A stretch of DNA of 64,000 nucleotides from Candidatus Bathyarchaeia archaeon (GTDB lineage: Archaea; Thermoproteota; CALKCG01; B24): the NCBI GenBank assembly GCA_038870975.1, contig JAVZJD010000002.1:576001-640000 (forward strand), given 5' to 3'. Numbering within the stretch: the stretch's first letter is position 1; each line of letters begins with the position of its first letter. Of the stretch, positions 41,689-49,755 are shown in pieces. The position numbers and the translations under genes were made by a program. The notes beneath the pieces are model-generated. The model was not told the origin of the DNA, made no database searches, and was given only the letters and a program-made list of their open reading frames with translations.

Positions 41689-42210
41689 TCATGTCGTTTT
41701 CTCAAGTTTTCTTATCATAGTTTGTTTAGTGAAGTTTAGTAGCCATTCGGTTAGTGGTAGGGCTGCTTTTACATCCTCCACCCTATACTTCGCCTCATGG
41801 AAGCCCCATATATGGATGTCGTATGCATCCTTCCATGCGAGCCTAATCCTATCCTCCTTGAGGGTCTTGGATAGGTCCGTTGAAGCCATCCCTAGAAGCC
41901 AAGTATCCCACTTACCCCTCCCCTCAACTTCTTCGACCTGCGGTATATTGAATGCCTCCGCCAATACCTTAATGCACTCTTCGACAACTTTATACAACTT
42001 TTCAGATGCTTGAACTGCATCGCCTTTCTCAAGGTATGCATTAGCTTCTTCAAAAAACCTCGATGCTAATTCTAGACGGGCCTCAGAAACTTCCTCTGGA
42101 TCCAGTTTAAGCTCCTGAGCTAAAACCTTTAGGATGAGGTCTCCGATGTCAATGCCTCTCCTCTTAGCTTCTTCAGCAGCCCTTCTTGGAAGATACACGA
42201 TCTCAACCAT
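41689..42210 (-). CDS. PaREP1-family protein
   Basis: KGDAVQASEKLYKVVEECIKVLA...HIWGFHE. Confidence 0.9.
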   Translation of the reverse strand: MVEIVYLPRRAAEEAKRRGIDIGDLILKVLAQELKLDPEEVSEARLELASRFFEEANAYLEKGDAVQASEKLYKVVEECIKVLAEAFNIPQVEEVEGRGKWDTWLLGMASTDLSKTLKEDRIRLAWKDAYDIHIWGFHEAKYRVEDVKAALPLTEWLLNFTKQTMIRKLEKTT

Positions 42211-42294
42211 AAGTAGCCACTAGTTTAATACTCTTTAAAGTCATATAACGTTTTCCGTTGTAGGATTCACAGCAACATTAAAGTTATAGTGGAA

Positions 42295-42526
42295 TGGGTT
42301 CTGAGTTAAGTAGAGGTTCATAGTGTTTCATCGCCTCTACTCAACCCTTCCCTCTCGGTTAGCTCATTGAGGGCTTTCGGGGTGAACCCAAATCCCCACA
42401 TCCGAAGGTCAACTCCCCGCCCCAACCCATCCCCATAGGAAGCTATGCTTCCAGAGCAGAGGGGACAGTGAAATCTATGGTCAAACTATATTTAAACCTA
42501 TCTACTCTGAAACTGCTGACAAAGGC
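42295..42526 (-). mobile_element. Non-coding dispersed repeat, copy 2: TATA promoter plus tnpB 3'-end/omegaRNA-like segment
   Basis: Homologous to 32681..32907. 42401-42318 translates MWGFGFTPKALNELTEREGLSRGDETL*, resembling archaeal TnpB C-terminal tails (recalled, not searched); TTTAAATA at 42489-42496. Confidence 0.68.
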
Positions 42527-42631
42527 TAACGTGAATAGTAGAATACCTGACGGTATGAGCGATGAACCTACTGCTCTATATGCCTGCCTCTGATCTTTCG
42601 ATCAGAAAGACCTTCTCTTGAAGATACTCAT
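42521..42631 (-). pseudogene. 5' fragment duplicating the start of gene 40400..41155
   Basis: MSIFKRRSF*SKDQRQAYRAVGSSLIPSGILLFTLAF versus SQRRAYRAVSLMLIPSGVLLFTLAF; DNA aligns to 41075..41146. Confidence 0.88.
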
Positions 42632-42698
42632 TTACCTTTTCCCCTTCAGTATGAGGGACTTAGCTTTCCGTACTCGATAAATTTGCGCACACGGTCAT

Positions 42699-43061
42699 TC
42701 AAAGTATCGCAAGTCCATAGGGTCTAGTGTATTCTATTTTACCTGTCGTCGGGTCGACTTTTATCCCGAGTCCTTCCATGGCCGTCACCCCGAGCATGGG
42801 CTCTGGGGCTTCCATTATTGCCACGGGTAAAATGCCATTCCTCTCCCCTATTTTTATGTAGGCGTAGGACAAGTAAGCCTCCACCCTCCTCTTGTCAGCC
42901 GTCAGTAGCTCGGTCTTCGCCACGGGCCTTATGGCTAGACTCTCCGTCAGCTTTGGAGGCAAGACTGTATAGTAGGCACCCGTATCGACTAAGAAATCCA
43001 CCTCTTCAACCCTCAGTTTCTCAGGTGCTCCAACGAAACCCCTCACTCTCACATAACCCAT
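42699..43061 (-). CDS. Clan AA aspartic protease
   Basis: FLVDTGAYYT, PMLGVTAMEGLG, VDPTTG. Confidence 0.88.
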   Translation of the reverse strand: MGYVRVRGFVGAPEKLRVEEVDFLVDTGAYYTVLPPKLTESLAIRPVAKTELLTADKRRVEAYLSYAYIKIGERNGILPVAIMEAPEPMLGVTAMEGLGIKVDPTTGKIEYTRPYGLAIL

Positions 43062-43124
43062 TTAATCACCAGCTACTCTTATTGGGACATACATTTAATA
43101 GCACCAAGTGATATCGGGGTACGA

Positions 43125-43745
43125 CTAATTAAGCGTTTTCATGTTGAGCTTGAAGTATCCGCACTTCCTGGCTAAGGCTATGATCGCCATGGCTTCCGTG
43201 AATATGGCTAGGCTTATCGTTACTGGCGTTAACCTTATGCCCCAGGGCGTGTAGTTTAAGGCCAAGCCTATGAGCGGTACTACGGCTAAGCTCAAACCTA
43301 TGGATAGTGCAAGCCTCTCAAGGGGCTCTAGGTCTTCGCCTCTGGGGTATAGTGCCTCTATGAGCATGGAGCCTGGTAGGTATAGGACGTATATGGAGCC
43401 TAATACGTACCTAATGTATATTAGGGGGGTATTTCCAATTAGGAAAATTGTGAAGACTGTTGCTAGGACTGTTGTAGATGTCGCCCAGAACCATAGACTT
43501 CTGAGGCTTAGAGCATAGCTTAAGACGTTTTTCGGCGGGTTTGGCTCTGAAAGGCTAAGTGCCTCCTTCTTCCATAAGACGTATAGGGTCTTAGCTGCTT
43601 CCTCAGGCCTTAACTCATGCTCTTTAACGAGCTGGTCTACGAGCTCGGAGACTGTGAGTTTATCTGAGCGCCTAGTGGCCTCCAGAATGAGTTTTTCAAG
43701 GTCAGTTGGGGATTTTTTGCCTCTCCGCTTGGTCATGTGAACCAC
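43125..43745 (-). CDS. DUF1616 domain membrane protein
   Basis: YLPGSMLIEALYP...LERLALSIGLSLAVVPLIGLALNYTPWGIRL. Confidence 0.85.
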   Translation of the reverse strand: MVHMTKRRGKKSPTDLEKLILEATRRSDKLTVSELVDQLVKEHELRPEEAAKTLYVLWKKEALSLSEPNPPKNVLSYALSLRSLWFWATSTTVLATVFTIFLIGNTPLIYIRYVLGSIYVLYLPGSMLIEALYPRGEDLEPLERLALSIGLSLAVVPLIGLALNYTPWGIRLTPVTISLAIFTEAMAIIALARKCGYFKLNMKTLN

Positions 43746-43752
43746 TCTACTA

Positions 43753-43848
43753 CTATTCCCTTATACCGGCGGCTTCACGGATAGCCTTTGGTAGGATTAG
43801 ATAACCCTTCTTCCCAACCTTCAACTTGAGGGTCGAACCAATTTCCAC
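43753..43848 (-). pseudogene. Truncated AbrB/MazE antitoxin
   Basis: Manual translation MEIGSTLKLKVGKKGYLILPKAIREAAGIRE* stops mid-domain; no toxin follows. Confidence 0.75.
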
Positions 43849-43971
43849 TTAAGGTTAAACCCGGTTCACTTGTATAAGCGTTTTTTACGGCTGAGAAGAT
43901 GAATTTTTCATTATTCAACCACAATGGTGAGTAGTGTGTAAAGTATAAAAAGTATTTCTTCAGTATTAGTT

Positions 43972-44925
43972 GTGTTTGAGATGTGTAGGGTTGGGTTTAC
44001 GGTAATTGCTCTACTCTTATTAACGGCTTTAGCCACGCCTATGGGTTTATGTGCGACTCCCGATGATGCTAGGATGCACGTCGCCGAGGCGTACGAGGCT
44101 GTTTTGGAGGCTTATGAGGCTGGTGGCAACGTCACTCTACTCATAGGTAGGCTTAACGAGGCTTTGAAGTTCATAGCCGAGGCAGAGTCTAGTGGAGACT
44201 TAAGCCCGCTCGATGAGGCAAACAGGCTAATCAAGTCCGTAATCGAAGACGCCCCTAAGGTTAGGGATGAAGGTTTAAAGTCTAGGAACAGCATGTACAT
44301 ATTATATGGTTCTACTTTGACGGTAGCGGTGGCTTTAGCCGTCCTCACATACTTCTACGGTCCCAGGCTCTTCTGGAGGGTCTGGGTTAAGCTTAGAGCC
44401 GACTACAGGGTCAGCCTAGGCTCCAGAGGGGATTCAAAATCGATGATCCTCAGCGGCGAAGTCTGGGCAGTCGTCATGGCTGTCATACTCGTAGGTTCCG
44501 TTTTCGCGTTTTCACAGTTCATTATGGCTGGTAGGGTTACAGAGCCCTTCAGTGAGCTTGGTGTGCTTGGACCTAAGATGAAGATAGGAGACTACCCCAA
44601 GACCGTTGTGGCTGGCGAAGTATTTAGGCTTTACATATACGTTGGAAACCATATGGGTAAGCCAATGTACTACGTGGTATTCATTAAACTCGGAAACGCC
44701 AGTACGCCTGTAGACCCCATGCCTACGGAGCCCTTCATGATGCTTGACTTGATACTTATGCACGGGGAGAATGCGACAATACCAATCGATATAACGTTAA
44801 CCAAACCAGGTGTTAACGAGAGGCTTGTATTCGAACTATGGATATACAATTCCACCGTGAAAACCTTCACTTACCACGGGAGGTGGTGTCAATTGTGGAT
44901 GAACGTAACAGCTCCACCGAGGTGA
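43972..44925 (+). CDS. DUF1616 domain protein (C-terminal part)
   Basis: EPFSELGVLGP..IGDYP, VGNHMG, LVFELW, QLWMNVT. Confidence 0.8.
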   Translation: MFEMCRVGFTVIALLLLTALATPMGLCATPDDARMHVAEAYEAVLEAYEAGGNVTLLIGRLNEALKFIAEAESSGDLSPLDEANRLIKSVIEDAPKVRDEGLKSRNSMYILYGSTLTVAVALAVLTYFYGPRLFWRVWVKLRADYRVSLGSRGDSKSMILSGEVWAVVMAVILVGSVFAFSQFIMAGRVTEPFSELGVLGPKMKIGDYPKTVVAGEVFRLYIYVGNHMGKPMYYVVFIKLGNASTPVDPMPTEPFMMLDLILMHGENATIPIDITLTKPGVNERLVFELWIYNSTVKTFTYHGRWCQLWMNVTAPPR

Positions 44926-44955
44926 AAAATGGCAAGACTTTACGTCTAAAATCCG

Positions 44956-45867
44956 TTAAATACTTTCAATTAGTTCTTTTAACCCTTCGTTGAGGTTTAC
45001 CCTGGGTTTGAAGTCTATGAGGTTTTCTGCTTTTGAGATGTCGGCGTAGCTGTTCTTTATATCTCCAGCCCTCGGCTTTCGATGTATTGGTTTGCGGTCG
45101 AGTTTTACGATTTTCACCACTAGCTCCGCCAAGTCTTTGATTTTCGTTGGAATGCCGGAGCCTATGTTGAACGTTTCGTTTACCACGTCTCTCTCCATCG
45201 TCTGTTTAATTGCCTCTGATACATCGTTCACATGTATGAAGTCTCTCGTCTGCTCACCGTCGCCATAGATTATCGGCGGGAGACCTTTAACGGCTCTTTC
45301 GATGAATCTGGTTACAACACCTGCGTAGGCTTTACTCTGCCCAAGTCCATAGACGTTGAATAGTCTTAGTATTACGTGTTTTAAACCGTACTTCGAGTAG
45401 AATCTAACGACCTCCTCACCCATTAGCTTGCTCAAACCGTATGGCGACGTTGGATTCGTTGGATGCGTTTCACTTATCGGAAGGCTTACTGGTTCACCGT
45501 AGACCGCCGCACTACTAAGATATATCATGAGTTTGACGCCGCTATCTAAACATGCTTTAGCGACATTAGCAGTCCCCTCCACATTGTTTCTAAAGTATAG
45601 TGCTGGTTTTCTCATCGACTCACATACGCTTACGTAGGCTGCTGCATGTACAACAACGTCTACTCCTCTCAGCGCTTTTCTAAGTGTTATAGCGTTTAAG
45701 ACGTCGCCTTTGACTATGGAGACCCCGCTTGCACGCAACCTGTTTATAGCAGACTCCGTAGACCTCTTCAGGCTGTCAAAGGCAGTGACTTCGAAGCCCC
45801 TACTTTTGAGGAGTATAGCTGTATTATGCCCTATGAAGCCTGCACCGCCTGCAATCAACACCTTCAT
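44956..45867 (-). CDS. UDP-glucose 4-epimerase-like NAD-dependent epimerase
   Basis: GGAGFIG, SSAAVYG, PYGLSK (YxxxK), GDGEQTRDF. Start at ATG 45867 overlapping the upstream stop. Confidence 0.92.
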   Translation of the reverse strand: MKVLIAGGAGFIGHNTAILLKSRGFEVTAFDSLKRSTESAINRLRASGVSIVKGDVLNAITLRKALRGVDVVVHAAAYVSVCESMRKPALYFRNNVEGTANVAKACLDSGVKLMIYLSSAAVYGEPVSLPISETHPTNPTSPYGLSKLMGEEVVRFYSKYGLKHVILRLFNVYGLGQSKAYAGVVTRFIERAVKGLPPIIYGDGEQTRDFIHVNDVSEAIKQTMERDVVNETFNIGSGIPTKIKDLAELVVKIVKLDRKPIHRKPRAGDIKNSYADISKAENLIDFKPRVNLNEGLKELIESI

Positions 45868-46610
45868 AACCGAGCCATGCACCCACACTGCCTCACCGAA
45901 TGCCGCTCCTTACTAATCCCCTTCACTTTGCTCATCAGCTGTTTCTTTATTAGTTGATGCGTCTCCTCTACGGTTTGTTTACTTGTATCTATATAGAGTA
46001 GCTTATTAGACGAAAGTCTTCTTGAAATCGATAGAAGTACGGTGCGTTGCATGTCGAGGTAATCATTTCTCTCGTAAAAGCTCCCCCTGCGCTTCCAGCG
46101 GCATTTTAACACGCTGTTTTCAGCATTTAAGAAGACTATCTGCGTAAAGCCTCCTAGATGCATCAGCTTCAGCGGGAAAGTGATGGCGAAAGACTGTGCT
46201 CCAAGAGTAAACCTAGCAATCTTACTTAAATATATGTAGTCGGAGATCGTGGCTGGGATATACTCTTCAACTAATACTACGTAGCCTAGCTTTAGGGGAA
46301 GGTATATACTGAGCAGGAACTTTATGGCAATACTAAACATGTCCAGCGCTAGCCACAGCTTTAAAAACCTTCTGAAGACATACGGTCTCTCCTCGATCAA
46401 AACCCTTATCGGATATGCATCCTTTCTTTTCCTGGCAAGCATCCTCGCTAATATGACTTCTAGGAAATAGGCGAAGATATGTCCCGTCTTTAGGGAAGAT
46501 GCTCTAACCTTAATCTTCCTACGATTAAGCTCCGAAGCTAGAAGCATCATCTGAGTTGACTTACCTGAACCGACGGTGCCTAGAAAGGCTATTACATGTG
46601 GCCTTGACAT
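45864..46610 (-). CDS. Thymidylate-kinase-like P-loop protein
   Basis: GTVGSGKST; EEY in place of DRY; paralogue of 63341..64000. Confidence 0.7.
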   Translation of the reverse strand: MSRPHVIAFLGTVGSGKSTQMMLLASELNRRKIKVRASSLKTGHIFAYFLEVILARMLARKRKDAYPIRVLIEERPYVFRRFLKLWLALDMFSIAIKFLLSIYLPLKLGYVVLVEEYIPATISDYIYLSKIARFTLGAQSFAITFPLKLMHLGGFTQIVFLNAENSVLKCRWKRRGSFYERNDYLDMQRTVLLSISRRLSSNKLLYIDTSKQTVEETHQLIKKQLMSKVKGISKERHSVRQCGCMARL

Positions 46611-46621
46611 GGTTAAGTCTG

Positions 46622-47647
46622 CTAACCATAAATGGGAAGTTTAGCGAATAACTTTTTCAGGACGAAGCCGAAACCCTTCAGTCTGTCGATATAAGCTTCA
46701 TAAGCAACTAGGACTTGCTGGGCACTTTGTGCGAGCTCAGCTAATTCCCCTTTTTCAAATATGAGGAGGTTATTTCCAGTAGAACATGCAACGAAGTTTT
46801 TTCCCTCTGCAAAAGACATGTTATAGTTGAACCGCCTATCGAATCCTTCCACATATGCCACATACCACGTTTTCAGGTTCCTGGAAACTATCACAGCCTG
46901 GGGTGTGCCAAGGGTCGCCATCCAAATATCGTTATCCAGACGCTTTAGGTCGCACATCTGCGCAAGTCTAACCTCTCTATCATGCCACTTAAGAAAAGTG
47001 AAGTCCCAGCGATTGTTCTCGGGGTTGTAAACGCCTATACCTCCCCTCGCGATTCCAGAATCCATACCGAACACTATCCTATCTTCTAATATTTCTATGG
47101 GTACGAACTGCCATGGGCCTCTATACAGAGGTCTCCAAGTATTACCAGAATCTTCGGAGTGAACAACTCTCGTTACACAACCATCTCCAAGTGTAACGAT
47201 CAGCCAGCTCCTATAGGGGTCGTACTTGATGAAGTGAAAATGTTTAGAGTGCTTATCGAAATCTGCATTTGTAATAAGCCTGTTCCAGTTCTTAAAATCC
47301 TCTGACGCAAATATTCCGGTGGGAGTCTCGCCGTACTCGTGTATAAAAAATCTATCTTGGGCGCAAGCCGCGTGCCAGAAGAAATTTTTAGGATTGACAG
47401 TTTTAAGCACCAACTCGCTTTCATAATCCTCTACTAGGTAAAGACCATCATTTACGGCGATGAGGAATCTGCCTTCCTTACCTCCTAATATAAAGCCCCT
47501 TGAGCCCTCGAACTTTGCCAACTTAGTTGACCTCCCTGAGCCGATGTCAATGAGACTCAAAATTAAAGCCCGGTATTCCCTGAGCAAAGCTATAAGCTTA
47601 TCATCAATAACGCTTACACTCAAAGCGCTTAGGCGAAACTCTTTCAT
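46622..47647 (-). CDS. Asp-box (BNR) beta-propeller-like protein
   Basis: SEDSGNTW, SEDFKNW and SRNLKTW repeats; KHFH motif. Confidence 0.6.
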   Translation of the reverse strand: MKEFRLSALSVSVIDDKLIALLREYRALILSLIDIGSGRSTKLAKFEGSRGFILGGKEGRFLIAVNDGLYLVEDYESELVLKTVNPKNFFWHAACAQDRFFIHEYGETPTGIFASEDFKNWNRLITNADFDKHSKHFHFIKYDPYRSWLIVTLGDGCVTRVVHSEDSGNTWRPLYRGPWQFVPIEILEDRIVFGMDSGIARGGIGVYNPENNRWDFTFLKWHDREVRLAQMCDLKRLDNDIWMATLGTPQAVIVSRNLKTWYVAYVEGFDRRFNYNMSFAEGKNFVACSTGNNLLIFEKGELAELAQSAQQVLVAYEAYIDRLKGFGFVLKKLFAKLPIYG

Positions 47648-47771
47648 AGTAGTATTATACTTAAATACTTAACTACTTATAATGATGAATACGTACTTCT
47701 TTTCATCATGCAAAGTATGCTTCCATGCTACTCTAATACTTAAGGATAGAAACTTTTATGCAATTGGAAAT

Positions 47772-48566
47772 TCATGTTTTCAATTTATACGAAATAATCC
47801 ATGAAGATAACTCTTTAGTTCTATTAATCAAATGCCTGACAAGATCTTCTTTACATGAAGGGTATGCAACAATTGAGTACGGCTTATTTGCCTCACCAAA
47901 TAGTGGATAGATTTTATAGTTGAAATCTTGCATGAAGGCTCGAACCTCTTCAAATTCTCCATTATAGTGGTTAACATCTATGGAGAAGATAGGGTTGAAC
48001 TCTCTAATACTTTTTTTACATCCTTTCAGGACTTTTAGCTCAGCGCCCTCAACATCTATTTTAATTAAATCTAGTCTAGGAATCTTCATTAGTTTAACTA
48101 ATGTATCCAATTTTACACATGGAACGCTTATCCTCTTCGCGCTCCTCCCTAAAACTATTGAATGCATTGACGGGTGCTCGGAGAGATGTAAAAATTCAAA
48201 ACCATCTTTATCACTCAATGCAAGCCTAAAAAGATGAGCGTTCTTCAATCCATTTAACAAAGCGACTCGACTAAGTATTTTAAAATTGCTTGGCTCAGGC
48301 TCAAAGCTGTAAACAAGACCACGCTGACCAACCATTTTACTTGATAAAGTAGTATACCACCCTCTATACGCCCCTACGTCGACTACGTGGAATCCCTCTT
48401 CTGGAAATAGAGCTGTACCAGAAAGAATTTCCTCACCCCTTTTAGCTAAAGGATTTAACAGGGAGGGTAGCTTCCAAGACTTTAAAAATATGCTTGAGAC
48501 GATGTGTATGTTCATGGCAATTAATAAGCTTAGAAGCTCATTTGGCATAAATTTATCCAAATTCAT
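47772..48566 (-). CDS. FkbM-family methyltransferase
   Basis: VDVGAYRG, SFEPEP, LIKIDVEGAE. Confidence 0.92.
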   Translation of the reverse strand: MNLDKFMPNELLSLLIAMNIHIVSSIFLKSWKLPSLLNPLAKRGEEILSGTALFPEEGFHVVDVGAYRGWYTTLSSKMVGQRGLVYSFEPEPSNFKILSRVALLNGLKNAHLFRLALSDKDGFEFLHLSEHPSMHSIVLGRSAKRISVPCVKLDTLVKLMKIPRLDLIKIDVEGAELKVLKGCKKSIREFNPIFSIDVNHYNGEFEEVRAFMQDFNYKIYPLFGEANKPYSIVAYPSCKEDLVRHLINRTKELSSWIISYKLKT

Positions 48567-48583
48567 AGGTTCTCACAAGCAGT

Positions 48584-49738
48584 TTATCGCGCCAACGACT
48601 CTATAATATGTTTCATGGCTAACCCGCATTTTCTTGCAGAGAAGAAGGAGCTGTAGGCTTCTTTGGCTCCCGAGGCAAGTTCTTGAAGTAAGGCGTCATC
48701 TTTGAGCAACCTTCTAACGATGCTAGGATACTCTGGATAGTTATCTGATATGAACACGTGATGTAAATGCTTCAACCTATTGTGTATCAAGCTAGCGGTA
48801 GTATTTGTTAGTATAGGTTTACCGTAGAAAAGCGCTTCAAGCAGTCTATTGCTTACAGACCTAAAGAAAACCGGGGTTACGACCAAGCTTGCATGTCCGT
48901 ATAATGTTTTAAGGATGTCATCAGAAAAGACCCAGCCGACAAAAATGAGATTTTTAGGCATTTGAAAAAAACCGAGCTTTCTCCTCGCTTCTATAGCTTT
49001 GCTACCAGCAATCACCACATTAACCTCTGGGCATTTTTTGGCAATCATGTAAAGTATTCGGAATAAAGGATACTCCTGTAATTTAAATAGGGATTTAGTT
49101 CTACTTATTGTAACAATACTAAAAACATAGCCTTGTTCTTCAATTATTTTCTCTATTTCAGGATTCTCATTTACTCTGCCATTATCATATAGTGCGGCAT
49201 AAGTAGGATAAACAACCTCTAGTTTCTTAAATAAAGGTAGCCTTCTCAAGAAGTTTGTAGTAGAATCGTCTAAAACTACTAAAGCTTGAGAACTCCAAAT
49301 CTGCATTAGGCTATGTAGTATGCTAGGGTAAAAGTTCAATAGCTCCAGATAGTTTTTACCGTAAACAATGTGATCAATAAGCTTATTCGCTCGAATACCC
49401 CATACTCGAAGAATTAAAGGAGTCTTTAACTTTTTAGCAATCTGATGTGCTAAATAGAATGGTGTTGAAGGAGTAGCGATCACCAAGTCAAAATTTCCTC
49501 TGCTTATATTTACTGGAATAAAGTTTTGTGGGCGTATTGCGGCATGAAAAAGAATTGGTGAATCTACTTCTAGATATTTTACTTTGGCTATACCTTCATT
49601 CGTATATACAGTTAAATCTTTTAAAAGTTCATATTTATTGCCAACATGCATGTAAGTTATGTCATAACCTAAGCTCTTCAATGAAGTTGCGCAACCCAAT
49701 TCATGACGAATTTCATTGCTTATTTGAAGGATCTTCAT
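48584..49738 (-). CDS. GT4-like glycosyltransferase
   Basis: FVGWV, NRLLEALFYGKPIL C-terminal GT-B signature. Confidence 0.8.
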   Translation of the reverse strand: MKILQISNEIRHELGCATSLKSLGYDITYMHVGNKYELLKDLTVYTNEGIAKVKYLEVDSPILFHAAIRPQNFIPVNISRGNFDLVIATPSTPFYLAHQIAKKLKTPLILRVWGIRANKLIDHIVYGKNYLELLNFYPSILHSLMQIWSSQALVVLDDSTTNFLRRLPLFKKLEVVYPTYAALYDNGRVNENPEIEKIIEEQGYVFSIVTISRTKSLFKLQEYPLFRILYMIAKKCPEVNVVIAGSKAIEARRKLGFFQMPKNLIFVGWVFSDDILKTLYGHASLVVTPVFFRSVSNRLLEALFYGKPILTNTTASLIHNRLKHLHHVFISDNYPEYPSIVRRLLKDDALLQELASGAKEAYSSFFSARKCGLAMKHIIESLAR

Positions 49739-49755
49739 AAGTTAAGATAGTATTT

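Noticed and set aside
47681-47709. ATGATGA-containing palindromes at ~47681 and ~60933 as further C/D sRNAs
   Set aside because: No properly spaced CTGA D boxes; they are simple inverted repeats
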